From contig JBEKSS010000007.1 of the NCBI GenBank assembly GCA_049516875.1, positions 1 through 64,000 on the forward strand: a DNA stretch of 64,000 nt, read 5' to 3'. This stretch comes from Candidatus Bathyarchaeia archaeon. GTDB taxonomy: Archaea; Thermoproteota; Bathyarchaeia; Bathyarchaeales; Bathycorpusculaceae. The notes under the pieces are model-generated. The model was given only the letters and a program-made list of their open reading frames with translations, searched no databases and was not told where the DNA came from. Made by a program: the position numbers and the translations under genes. Of the stretch, positions 29,572 through 39,080 are shown piece after piece (within the stretch, counting starts at the first letter, position 1; the number at the start of each line of letters is the position of its first letter).

Positions 29572-30057
29572 CTACAAAGCGAGAATGTCATCCGGTAAAT
29601 TGTCAATTCCTCCGAATTCTTTGACAGCAATCGACTTGATTCTTTTCTTCAGCTCTGGCTTGATGTGCGTGTATGTCATTTCGCTTTCTCCACCAATACT
29701 CTCACAGTTGTCTTCAACTATAATGTCTGGCATAGCTCTCTCTGCAACATCTTTGTATTCTTCACCTTCCACTCGAAAGAGTAGTTGATCCTTTGGAAAA
29801 TTGTGCTTCTTGAGAACACTTCTTATCCGTCCAATCTCAGCAGGCTTCGTTCGAGACGTCAAATACACTATTTTTGCACCTTGACTTTTCCATAAGTGCA
29901 ACTTCTTCGCTCCATTCCCCACCGGAATGTAAGTTCCATACTCGCGAATTGAGGGTTCTTTGCCCTCGAGAACTTGCTTCACGATGTCCTCTCTTGAAAG
30001 ACCTTTGGCCCCACTGTGCATAATCAGTGTTCCTTCAGTGAACACAAGAATCTTCAT
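29572..30057 (-). CDS. HAD-like hypothetical protein
   Basis: LVFTEGTL, YLTSR, IIVEDN (degenerate HAD motifs). Confidence 0.65.
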   Translation of the reverse strand: MKILVFTEGTLIMHSGAKGLSREDIVKQVLEGKEPSIREYGTYIPVGNGAKKLHLWKSQGAKIVYLTSRTKPAEIGRIRSVLKKHNFPKDQLLFRVEGEEYKDVAERAMPDIIVEDNCESIGGESEMTYTHIKPELKKRIKSIAVKEFGGIDNLPDDILAL

Positions 30058-30169
30058 AGGTCTATCAACTATATCTGGTCGAATTAAAAAGTAATGTGCA
30101 CCGAGTGCACAACGACTGTCTACCTCTTTCTAACCTCTCTGTTGCAGCAATAATGCTTGCTTGTTTGCT

Positions 30170-30697
30170 CTAGCGAGTTTCATTCATTTTCAACAGATAT
30201 TCTGCAAGTGCTGAGAAGGTCAGATAGCGCCAGTGACTCTTATCATTCAAGTCGATTATGAAGCTCTTGATATCATCAACTTTCAAATGTGGAAATGTTT
30301 TGATGTATTCTTTAAACCGTACATATTCAGAATAGTCCTTGTGAAGAGCAATAGCCACGTTGTCAGCACCGCAGCCCATTCCATTCATGGCAATAATCGT
30401 TGGGGACGGATTCTTCTCTTCCAATTCGCGAGAATGCCTCAGTATATCCTCGAAAATCTCTTTTGATGCTGGTTCACTCAGTTTAGCAAAGGTTATCGAC
30501 ACTATTTGAAAACCGAGTCTTACATAATCGGGTATCATCGTGTATTCCCTGATCAAGCCTTGCTTCTCAAGCCTCTGAATAAGCCTACTAACCGTAGGCT
30601 GGGAAACCCCAATTACCTTGGCTAATTCTCTATCGCTCCTGCGGCTATTCTTAAGGAGTTCAGAAATGAGTTTCAGTTCAACATCCTTCAAAAGCAT
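30170..30697 (-). CDS. Lrp/AsnC-family regulator (paralog of 26126..26632)
   Basis: ELLKNSRRSDRELAKVIGVSQPTVSR. Confidence 0.9.
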   Translation of the reverse strand: MLLKDVELKLISELLKNSRRSDRELAKVIGVSQPTVSRLIQRLEKQGLIREYTMIPDYVRLGFQIVSITFAKLSEPASKEIFEDILRHSRELEEKNPSPTIIAMNGMGCGADNVAIALHKDYSEYVRFKEYIKTFPHLKVDDIKSFIIDLNDKSHWRYLTFSALAEYLLKMNETR

Positions 30698-30752
30698 TCC
30701 CTATAGCTTCTTAGGGACGTTTCAATATTTAAAGGCGGCCCAAAGCACGCTA

Positions 30753-30960
30753 GGCCAACCTCTTTTCAACCTCCTAGTTCTCTCAAGCCTCTCTGTTACA
30801 ATATCACTATTCAACCTCAGCACTCATTCACACTATCACCAACTCGGGTAACGCATTTAGTTTTTAAATTCCAATTTTCTAAGCCAGGAGAAGAAGCAGG
30901 GTTTCCAAGATTTTTATTTGATTAGAATTTTGAAATTAGACAATTGCCTTGATTTCGAAC
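30753..30960. repeat. Non-coding repeat copy B (first part at 30096-30140)
   Basis: GCCAACCTCTTT..CTCTCTGTTAC.ATATCACTATTCAACC shared with 26848-26910. Confidence 0.75.
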
Positions 30961-31098
30961 AAGTTGTAGATACAGTGTTTACAGATCTAGAGCTTATATG
31001 CAGCGAGGTATGAAAGAACAATATCCCCTCAAGTGATTTGAAAAAAGAATATGGAAACTAGGAGAAAACCAATCCCAGATTAGAGCTGTTGGCTTGAT

Positions 31099-31248
31099 CT
31101 AAAATCGACTTCTACTTGGGGGTGCTCTCTTCGAGTAACACTCTCGGCAGTATACAGGTCTGCTGCCATCGGGCTTGAATGGTACTTCACATTCCTTTTT
31201 ACATTCAGCGCAAACTGCCTTGTGCATCTCTTTTCTCTCATACGTCAA
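31099..31248 (-). CDS. CxxC-x17-CxxC domain protein
   Basis: EMHKAVCAECKKECEVPFKPDGSRPVYCRECY; below ORF-track cutoff. Confidence 0.9.
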   Translation of the reverse strand: MTYERKEMHKAVCAECKKECEVPFKPDGSRPVYCRECYSKRAPPSRSRF

Positions 31249-31434
31249 CTCTCTCAACTCCTTCATGGTTGCTGTGCAAAAATCACTTCTTACACGCTTC
31301 GTTCACCGTTCACATCGCCGCTTATAAACAACATGTCTAGAATCATAAAGTCGAGACCTATAGAAATCAAATTCGCACGCGTTCTACTTTGCCACGATGA
31401 GGAATGTGCGAACGAAGGCGATAGGATGAAGTTC

Positions 31435-31992
31435 TTATTCGTAGAATATGAGGTTTTGTTCCTCCAAGCTTTCGTGAAGCTTATGCACTGCGTCATAAAC
31501 GTCCTGTTCTTTCTTCGCTCCGGTGCAAACAAGGTTCCCGCTTGCGAATATCAGTATGACCACTTTGGGCTCGTCCATCCTGTAGATCAATCCTGGAAAC
31601 TGCTCCGGCTCATACATGGTTTTTCCAAGCGTGCTCGCTTCTTCTAACTCTATCCTTCCGCCTAAGCTTGCGGAGGCAACAATGTTCTGAATCTTTAACT
31701 CCGGTTTGCTGATGATGATTATTCCGCCCTTTTTCAACTCTTTAACAACTGCCATAACAGCCCTGCGGGATTCCTGTTCCGATTTCGCTCCTGTGCACAC
31801 CATTTTACCAGAGTTGAAAATCAGCGTCGCCGTCTTCGGTCTTTTGAGCCTAAACACAAGTCCTGGGAACTGTTCCGGACGATACTCTACGCCTGGATAA
31901 CTCTTCACCACAGCGTTTAAGTCAATTTTCTGGTTTAGAGTGGCAGAAGCAACAACGTTTTGAATTTTTATTATTGCTTTAGTCTTCGGCAT
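31435..31992 (-). CDS. tbp: TATA-box-binding protein
   Basis: Two repeats NVVAS...YxPEQFPGL...LIF.SG..VCTGAK. Confidence 0.98.
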   Translation of the reverse strand: MPKTKAIIKIQNVVASATLNQKIDLNAVVKSYPGVEYRPEQFPGLVFRLKRPKTATLIFNSGKMVCTGAKSEQESRRAVMAVVKELKKGGIIIISKPELKIQNIVASASLGGRIELEEASTLGKTMYEPEQFPGLIYRMDEPKVVILIFASGNLVCTGAKKEQDVYDAVHKLHESLEEQNLIFYE

Positions 31993-32101
31993 TTGATACC
32001 GCTTCTTGTAGTGTAGCGGATGCTTAAATACCCTTTATATGCGCGCGCTAGAGCGAGAACTTAAGTAACTTGGCTAAGATCTATCAGAGACGTGACTGAC
32101 T

Positions 32102-32902
32102 ATGTCTTCGTCCTCTGACCGTGTTGTGAAAGACTATTATGATGAGAAAGCTCAGACTTATGACGACTATTCGAAGCAGCTGTATTTCAAAGTGTACGAC
32201 GCAGCAACATGGAAAATCACTGAGCCTTATGTTCCACGAGACTCAAAGGCATGTGTGCTCGATGCTGCTGGCGGGACCGGAAAATGGAGTGTTCCCATGG
32301 CAAAGTGCGGTGCACGCGTCGTGCTAGCAGACCTTTCCGACGGAATGCTGGACGTGGCAAAAGAGAAGATTGCTAAGGAAGGTCTGCAAGACCGCATAGA
32401 AACCAGGAGGTGCGACCTTCGCAAGCTGGACTTCGGAGACGAATCCTTCGACATGGTGTTCTGTGATCATGCCCTATGCTTCATCAAAGAACAAGATACA
32501 GTGGTGAGCGAGCTCGTCAGAGTTCTGAAGAAGGGGCATCGTCTGATTATCTCTGGACAGAACCGTTATGTGCTGTCCCTTTCTATTGTTCAGGAAGACC
32601 CGTCCCTAGCCTCCAGAATATTGGCGAAAGATTCACCGTTCGACATGCTTGACCGCGTGAAGGTCTATGCACTGTCACCAGACGAGTTTAGACAGCTGCT
32701 TGAAGACAACGGCGTCAGGGTGGAGAGAATGTTCGGCAAAGTCTTCACTATGCCCCTCGGTCTGTCTCTTGAGAGACTGCAAGGAGAGACGTTCAGCAAG
32801 GCCTTTGTCGACAAACTCTTGAAAATCGAGTACAGCATGCTTGAGAGGTCAGACGCTGTGCCTTTAGCATCACACATTCAGGCAGTCGGATGCAAACGAT
32901 AG
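32102..32902 (+). CDS. Class I SAM-dependent methyltransferase
   Basis: VLDAAGGTG, DLSDGML, FDMV. Confidence 0.9.
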   Translation: MSSSSDRVVKDYYDEKAQTYDDYSKQLYFKVYDAATWKITEPYVPRDSKACVLDAAGGTGKWSVPMAKCGARVVLADLSDGMLDVAKEKIAKEGLQDRIETRRCDLRKLDFGDESFDMVFCDHALCFIKEQDTVVSELVRVLKKGHRLIISGQNRYVLSLSIVQEDPSLASRILAKDSPFDMLDRVKVYALSPDEFRQLLEDNGVRVERMFGKVFTMPLGLSLERLQGETFSKAFVDKLLKIEYSMLERSDAVPLASHIQAVGCKR

Positions 32903-33008
32903 GGCCCAGAATAGTTCGCCCTCATGTTTAACCCGGACCGTTCACCTTAGCGCGCGCCAGAGATTCATGAAAACTTGGAAACGATTTATCGCTTTTCATC
33001 TTGTTGGT

Positions 33009-33905
33009 TTAAATCACCACGCCCATCCGGTGAAGCTCGTCCAACAGGCTTGTCTTCGTCTGTTTGAGTCTCTGCCTCTGTTCCACGTATTCGTCGCCAC
33101 TTATCTTGCCAGCTCGGAAGTCTTGGTCGAGTTTTTCCAATTGTGCATCTATGTCGGTCAGTCTCGATTTGAGCTGGTCAACGTATGAGACAGCCGCAGT
33201 CGGTTCTAACGTTTGAGCAGGCGTCAAAGCCGCTTTTATGGTGCCGTCTTCGATGCGTAGTATCCTGTCTCCTTGCCTAGCAACGTTTGGGTCATGAGTA
33301 ACCATCACGATGGTCTTGCCTAGTTCTCGGCTTATTTTCACCAAGTAGTCGACCACGATTTTGACGTTTGTAGTGTCTAATTCTCCTGTTGGCTCGTCGG
33401 CTAGGATTACTGGGGCGTCGTTGGCCAGAGCCGCAGCCATGGTTATGCGCTGCTGTTCTCCGCCGCTTAATTCGTCGGGTTTATGATCCGCTCTCTGGGT
33501 TAGGCCTACTATTTCAAGCAGTTCTTTGACGCGCTCTTTTCGTTTGCTTCTTCCCGCGCCCATGGCTATCATCGGCAGCTCGACGTTTTCAGCAGCGGTC
33601 AGCGTGGGAATCAGGTTGAGGGTTTGGAAAATGTGTCCCACGGTTTTCCTTCGATAATCAACGAGCTGAGAGGTTGACAGTGCCGTGACTTGTGTGTCAC
33701 CCACTGCAACAGAGCCTGCGGTTGCCGTGTCCAGTCCTCCTATTATGTTTAGCAGCGTAGTCTTTCCGCTTCCGCTTGGTCCTATGATTGAGACCACTTC
33801 GCCCTCTTTTACCGACATGCTCAGTCCGCGTAGGGCCTGAACTTCCACTTTGCCCAGATGATACACTTTAATCACGTCTTTGACGATTATTCCTGCACCT
33901 TTCAA
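33009..33905 (-). CDS. ABC transporter ATP-binding protein (LolD/MacB-like)
   Basis: [25 protein letters not shown]. Confidence 0.95.
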   Translation of the reverse strand: MKGAGIIVKDVIKVYHLGKVEVQALRGLSMSVKEGEVVSIIGPSGSGKTTLLNIIGGLDTATAGSVAVGDTQVTALSTSQLVDYRRKTVGHIFQTLNLIPTLTAAENVELPMIAMGAGRSKRKERVKELLEIVGLTQRADHKPDELSGGEQQRITMAAALANDAPVILADEPTGELDTTNVKIVVDYLVKISRELGKTIVMVTHDPNVARQGDRILRIEDGTIKAALTPAQTLEPTAAVSYVDQLKSRLTDIDAQLEKLDQDFRAGKISGDEYVEQRQRLKQTKTSLLDELHRMGVVI

Positions 33906-36742
33906 ACTTCTCGCACCGTCCTCTCCAACCTTGAACTGTATCTTTTTGCCATCAGAACGACCGGGATGATGGTTGACGCGAAAACTAGGATGAAAGAAAT
34001 GAACAGGGTCAAGACTGCATCAGGCGGAAAGACCATGTGCCTGCTCAAGGGAGTGACTGAATAGAAGGCGGCGTTCACAGCGTTGTTTGACGCAACTACT
34101 CCGCGCACCACTATGAGTCCCACAACCGTGCCTACGAGCACTGCGAATGTCACGACCGCCAGGTTCTCAGTGAGAAGCATGACGAGCAACTGCTTGAATG
34201 AGAGCCCCCGAACGCTCATGATTGACACCTCACGTTTCCTCTCTCTCAAACTGACCAACGTAACCAGGGCGGTTCCGATTGAAGCCGCCGCCACCATGAA
34301 AAGCACGCCTAGGCGCAGAACGTTGAACGAGCCCGTTATGGTAAGGTCGCTCTGTTGATTCGCGAGTTGCTCAGTCACAGAGGACACCGAGCTGACAGCG
34401 CTGATATCTAATCCGCGAATCTGATCCGCGACAGCCTTACTGTCCGTGCCGCCCTGCAACCTCATGAGTATTTTGGCCGAGGCCGAACCAACTAAATTTT
34501 CTATTGTCTGGTTGTAGAGTCCTTCTGGAACATAAGACCAGTACTGACCTGAAGTTTGTCCAGATTCGATTCCGAAAAACCCTACAACCCTCAACTCTTC
34601 CGTCTGCACTGCCCCCGTAGATGAGTCACCAAAAGTCACGGCGACGACATCGCCCACCTTCTTGTTAAGAGCGTTGGCCTGGTTAACATCCAAAATAACA
34701 GTGTAATTATTTGAACTCATGGTCTCAAAGGCTTTTTCAACTGGGCTGCCGCTGAACATATCGTCCTCATAATAGGCTGTGGAAAGCCACGTTTTCGGGT
34801 TTACCGCCCGGAACTGCATTCCCTGTTCGTTTCCTCCAAGACCGGCCGAACCCGTGAAACTGTATTCCGCAGTTATAGATTGAATGTGCGACACGTTGCT
34901 GCTGACGGCACTCATTATCTGCGACGCATTTAAGGGCGAACTTAATGTGAAACTGACGTCCGAGCCAACGGCAAAGCGAGCTTCACGAACAACGAAGTCT
35001 TGTTCACTCGCCAGAGTTCCAACTACCTGAAAACTGTACCCAATGATGAAGGCTATCAGAAATGCGACAGCCGCGGCGCGAGCAGGGTTTCTCTGAACAC
35101 TCTTCGTGGCAAGCTTGCCTAAATCACCCAAAAACCTAGAAGCCCTTGTCATGATTTCTTGGAACTTAAACGATCCGCTTATGAAGATTTTTGTGAAACC
35201 CCAGAAGAACAGAAAGGGCCCAACGTAAGTCAGTGCGAAATCGACGAGGACAAATATCTGTAACAGAAGGAAGACGAAAACGTTCGCAGGCGCTCTTACG
35301 ACCGCCTGAACATTAATGCCTAGAAGAAACACGATAATCTTATAAGAACCGAGAAGAAGGGCAGTCCAAGGCCACAGTCGTCTGTACGGTTTAGCCTCTT
35401 CCACCTGCACGTATTCTCTCAAAGCGTCGACTGCGGCCATCTTTGAAGCTCTTCTTGCTGACCGATAAACCGAAAGAAAGGTGATGATGGCGGCGAAAAC
35501 CATGGTCAAAATGATTGTGTCAGGGCCCAGTACAAGCGCGCCGATGAATTGGCCGCCTGTGGCCGCAGCAAACCATGGAGTAACAGTGAAACTCAACACT
35601 ATGCCCAGCAAACCTCCAAGTAGCCCTATTAGTGCGGCCTCGAACAGAAACATCCACCAGAGTTGTCGCCTGGAAAACCCTTTGGTCAGTAGGAGACCGA
35701 TCTCACGGCGCCTTAGGTTGAAAGACACGTCAGAAACTGTTGAGCCCACGTACCAAGCCACAAAAAACACGGGCAACGATGCTATGATGAAGGTAGCACG
35801 CATCGCAAACGAGGTACTCTGAAAACTGTCCAGCGGATAGGCCAGATTGTCTTGAGCAGACAAACCAAAAGGTGAGACCTCTTCGTTAATCTGCGCCGTA
35901 ACCGCTGCAAGCTTGCTGGCTGAACCAGGGATGTCCCATGGACTGATAAGGCTCGAGCGGTCAACAAAAACGAGAATTGTGGTGCTGAACGGATTAGAAT
36001 ATTCAGGCGAAGAATCGTGCACGAAGTCGAGCAGCTTGGCAAAAGTTTTCTCCCAACTAGTGATCAAAAGATTCTGTGGATAAAACTGGTACTGGTTAAG
36101 AGATGCTATAGAAAGCTCCTGTTCACTGAGATGAACAAAACCAACCACTTTGAGATTGACAACAAATGATGATGTTTGTGACATGGCAGAATTTTCTTCC
36201 CAAACACCCTGCTGGAATACGTTGGCATTCGCGGTGACATTTATCGGAATGATGTCCCCGACGCGAATCTTTCCAGCGTCAGGCGAGTCTGCCCAAACAT
36301 AAGTTTCATTTTCCCCTAACGCGGATGTGTTACAGACAAGAGAATGCTCAGATATCCCAATCAAATTGGTGGAAGTCTTGAAATTAAACTCTTGAACAAA
36401 ATTATAATATGCATAAGTAGAAATTGCTTCAACTTGGGTTACGCCTTGCACACTTGAAATCGCGCTAACTGCATCTGAAACATTTTTGGAGGACAACGCG
36501 ATATTCGCTGTCGGGGGAAAGGTGTAGTAACTGTAACCCACGGAAATGTCAACTGGAATTTTGTTCAGAGTCTGATTGAGGGCCTGCCACGCAGCTGTAT
36601 CCGCGCCCACGTTGATGCCCGCGAAAAATGTTGAGGCCAAAACGATGCCTAGCAACAAGGCTATGAACAGCCGCCATGAACGAACAAGCCTCTTAAAAGT
36701 GTACGAAAATGACAATTTCAACCAAATAACAGTTTGACTCAA
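33902..36742 (-). CDS. FtsX-like ABC permease
   Basis: Two FtsX units (RRREIGLL..G; ERKREVSIM..RG). Confidence 0.9.
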   Translation of the reverse strand: MSQTVIWLKLSFSYTFKRLVRSWRLFIALLLGIVLASTFFAGINVGADTAAWQALNQTLNKIPVDISVGYSYYTFPPTANIALSSKNVSDAVSAISSVQGVTQVEAISTYAYYNFVQEFNFKTSTNLIGISEHSLVCNTSALGENETYVWADSPDAGKIRVGDIIPINVTANANVFQQGVWEENSAMSQTSSFVVNLKVVGFVHLSEQELSIASLNQYQFYPQNLLITSWEKTFAKLLDFVHDSSPEYSNPFSTTILVFVDRSSLISPWDIPGSASKLAAVTAQINEEVSPFGLSAQDNLAYPLDSFQSTSFAMRATFIIASLPVFFVAWYVGSTVSDVSFNLRRREIGLLLTKGFSRRQLWWMFLFEAALIGLLGGLLGIVLSFTVTPWFAAATGGQFIGALVLGPDTIILTMVFAAIITFLSVYRSARRASKMAAVDALREYVQVEEAKPYRRLWPWTALLLGSYKIIVFLLGINVQAVVRAPANVFVFLLLQIFVLVDFALTYVGPFLFFWGFTKIFISGSFKFQEIMTRASRFLGDLGKLATKSVQRNPARAAAVAFLIAFIIGYSFQVVGTLASEQDFVVREARFAVGSDVSFTLSSPLNASQIMSAVSSNVSHIQSITAEYSFTGSAGLGGNEQGMQFRAVNPKTWLSTAYYEDDMFSGSPVEKAFETMSSNNYTVILDVNQANALNKKVGDVVAVTFGDSSTGAVQTEELRVVGFFGIESGQTSGQYWSYVPEGLYNQTIENLVGSASAKILMRLQGGTDSKAVADQIRGLDISAVSSVSSVTEQLANQQSDLTITGSFNVLRLGVLFMVAAASIGTALVTLVSLRERKREVSIMSVRGLSFKQLLVMLLTENLAVVTFAVLVGTVVGLIVVRGVVASNNAVNAAFYSVTPLSRHMVFPPDAVLTLFISFILVFASTIIPVVLMAKRYSSRLERTVREV

Positions 36743-36810
36743 ATAGCCAATTTCAATGTTTCGGTTCGAATGCTCAATGCATTTTCATTTGGAACATCAC
36801 AAACGCGCGC

Positions 36811-37900
36811 TGCCTTGTCTCTTTATTATGTGTTGAAGTAGGTTGGTGAGACTGCCTTGTCTGGTCTTCTGAGGTTTTCTGCCGCTTCTCTGTTTAGAAC
36901 TAGGCACAACAAGCTGTAAAGCGCGTAGGAGGCAACGTTTCTTACGCCTCTGACCTTGTTTATGGCCAAGCTGTACTGCGTCTTGAGGAAGCTGTAGACC
37001 GCTTCAATGTGAGGCCTCTTATGATACTCCTTCTTCTGGTCATCTGGCCCGTAGGTTCGAAACTTCTTGTCCACCCTAAGGATGTCTCTTACGCCACGTT
37101 TCTGGTTAACGGGATAAGGAATCACTGCGGCGTCAACGGCCCTTCTGAGTTTGCCGTCGCTGTATTGGCTGTCAGCTATCACGCTTCTCAATCTGGCTGC
37201 AGACCGTTTGAGAATCAGCTTCGTCTTCTCCAGCATGTTCAGCGAGTGTTTCTTCTCGTTCTGGTTGGCAGAAGCAAAAGCGCAGGTCAACGGAAGCATA
37301 GTCTGAGAATCGATGCACAAGTGAAGCTTGTAGCCCAATCCGAATGTTCTGCCTGCTCTTCCAACCCTGGCTTCCTCGTCGGAATAGCCTTTCTTGTTAT
37401 CCAGTGGATGGCGCGTGCTCCAAGCCTTTATGAACGAAGCGTCAAGAACGGCATCAACGTCTTTTGCGTCGTTCCGTTTCAAGAGTTTAACAACTTTCTG
37501 TTCTATTATTCTGGTGAGGTTGTCTTCCCCGACTTTTCGGATGAACCTGCTGAGAACGCTTCTAGGATAGCCCGTCTCGCCTGTTTTGATTAGGCACAGT
37601 TTTCTGAGCCGTATGTCTGTGTCGAGTAGTCTTGTCATTTCTCTCAGGCTGCGAACACCCTTCATTCGCATGACGATGAAGGATCTGAAAACGCCCAATG
37701 GGTTTCTGGGAGGCCTCCCAGGTCCAACCGTGTGGAAGCATCTGAGCAACGCTGCTTTAGCAAAGCTTAAGTCTACGTTTCTGAAGAGGGTTTCTAGGGT
37801 CTCGTGTTCATCTTGTCCCGCTAGGATTCACCTCCTAAGCCTGGACGTAACTCACTAAATACGAGACCCCAACTGCATTAATTAATTTAGGGACAAGCCA
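36811..37900 (-). mobile_element. Insertion sequence (IS5/IS4-like DDE) in GCGCGC target
   Basis: TIRs TGCCTTGTCTCTTTATTA / TAATTTAGGGACAAGCCA; GCGCGC directly outside both ends. Confidence 0.85.
36826..37749 (-). CDS. DDE transposase
   Basis: LDASFIKA, GYKLHL, ADSQY, Y.KR..IE; frame stays open to ~37827. Confidence 0.9.
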   Translation of the reverse strand: MLRCFHTVGPGRPPRNPLGVFRSFIVMRMKGVRSLREMTRLLDTDIRLRKLCLIKTGETGYPRSVLSRFIRKVGEDNLTRIIEQKVVKLLKRNDAKDVDAVLDASFIKAWSTRHPLDNKKGYSDEEARVGRAGRTFGLGYKLHLCIDSQTMLPLTCAFASANQNEKKHSLNMLEKTKLILKRSAARLRSVIADSQYSDGKLRRAVDAAVIPYPVNQKRGVRDILRVDKKFRTYGPDDQKKEYHKRPHIEAVYSFLKTQYSLAINKVRGVRNVASYALYSLLCLVLNREAAENLRRPDKAVSPTYFNT

Positions 37901-37906
37901 GCGCGC

Positions 37907-37996
37907 TACGATTTGCCCCCCAAAACAAGCCCAAATCAAGCCGAAATAGGCAAAAGAAGAATTAAAACCATTTTTAACCATTTTAGCGACAAACCA
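37907..37996. mobile_element. Partial MITE / second IS end
   Basis: Ends TTTTAGCGACAAACCA (similar to IS TIR); shares CAAAAGAAGAAT.AAAACCATTTTTA with 12931 MITE. Confidence 0.6.
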
Positions 37997-38012
37997 GTGC
38001 CCGACAATGCTC

Positions 38013-39080
38013 TCAAGAGGATGTCGGAGAGGGCATTAAGTTTTTGATTGCTGTGAATTGAACCACTATGCCGCCTATCAGCAGTCTAGCCCAGAAAGTC
38101 AAGACTCGAATGAGAACTGTTGCTACAGCAAAGACAACCAGAAACTGTGGGCTACCAAGCAGGGCATACAAGGTTGTCATGATTATCTCTGCCAATCCCA
38201 CTTCGCCCGGGATTACGCCTATCGGCAGGTACTGGATGGCCCCGCTGATGGAGTAGACGATTATGATGGCGCTGATGGAGATTGCGGTTCCAGCAGACCC
38301 TAGAGAAAGGAAAACTAGGAGGGCTATTGACATGTCTAAGAGCCACGAGAAGGCCGTCAACACCATCGGCAGCACGAGGCTTTTTCGATGTGCGCCCAGT
38401 GTGAGAATTCCTTCATGAAAAATGTCCAGCGCCTTCGTAACCCTCTCTCGTGCCTGTTCAAGTTTCCAGCGGCCTCGCGAAACCCGCGTAATCAGGTTGA
38501 ACAGCCAATTGGCGAGCCTGCGCGTTGAACGTTTCCTCGAAGCTAAGTAAAACAGGAGGCCGATTACGACAGCGTCGCCAAGCAGGATCACAATTGCAAA
38601 TGCTAGGACAAAGAGAGGAGGTCTGCTCGTGAGCGCAAAATAAACGATGCTCACAAGCAAACCTGCAGCTGTCACGCAGGTTGTAGCAATACGTTGCCCC
38701 ACAGCAGACGCGACAACCTTACCGTAGTCTCCCCCAGCGTCTTTCGACATCAAATAAATCCTTGACACCTCGCCGCTGACGGGCTCGCCCGGAATTACCA
38801 AGTCAACAAAATTCTCAACCCAGACAAACTGGAAAGCCTTCAGAAAAGAAGTCTTAACAGACAGAAGACCCAGCAGTCGTTGCCAAACGACAGAGTACAA
38901 TGCTACACTCGCAAGAAGCGCGAAGAACGCCAACAGAAAATAGAGTGGATTGAGTCTTTTTACAGTTTCAATCAAATCACCGAGAGGAACGAAAAGATAA
39001 AGATACACGAGGAAAACTGCTAGCCCAACGACAATCAGCAGATAACGCCTTTTCAGTTTGGGGCCTTTTTCACTCGCCAT
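38013..39080 (-). CDS. Lysylphosphatidylglycerol-synthase-TM / flippase-like membrane protein
   Basis: Multi-TM; P...SGE..R.Y, PGEVGLAE, LIR.LTFW. Confidence 0.85.
   Translation of the reverse strand: MASEKGPKLKRRYLLIVVGLAVFLVYLYLFVPLGDLIETVKRLNPLYFLLAFFALLASVALYSVVWQRLLGLLSVKTSFLKAFQFVWVENFVDLVIPGEPVSGEVSRIYLMSKDAGGDYGKVVASAVGQRIATTCVTAAGLLVSIVYFALTSRPPLFVLAFAIVILLGDAVVIGLLFYLASRKRSTRRLANWLFNLITRVSRGRWKLEQARERVTKALDIFHEGILTLGAHRKSLVLPMVLTAFSWLLDMSIALLVFLSLGSAGTAISISAIIIVYSISGAIQYLPIGVIPGEVGLAEIIMTTLYALLGSPQFLVVFAVATVLIRVLTFWARLLIGGIVVQFTAIKNLMPSPTSS

Larger units (their letters stand above)
1230..37906. repeat. Dispersed (GC)n tracts at gene/cassette boundaries
   Basis: Alternating GC runs >=8 nt at 1230,10224,14230,14339,14625,15520,17439,18142,18853,18882,18961,24278,28148,28499,32041,32950; 6-7 nt runs at 10183,11746,12925,16783,19428,19457,26973,36804,37901. 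Confidence 0.9.

Noticed and set aside
1230-32957. GC tracts or other repeats as a CRISPR array
   Set aside because: Repeats are only 6-10 nt, irregularly spaced, and there are no cas genes.
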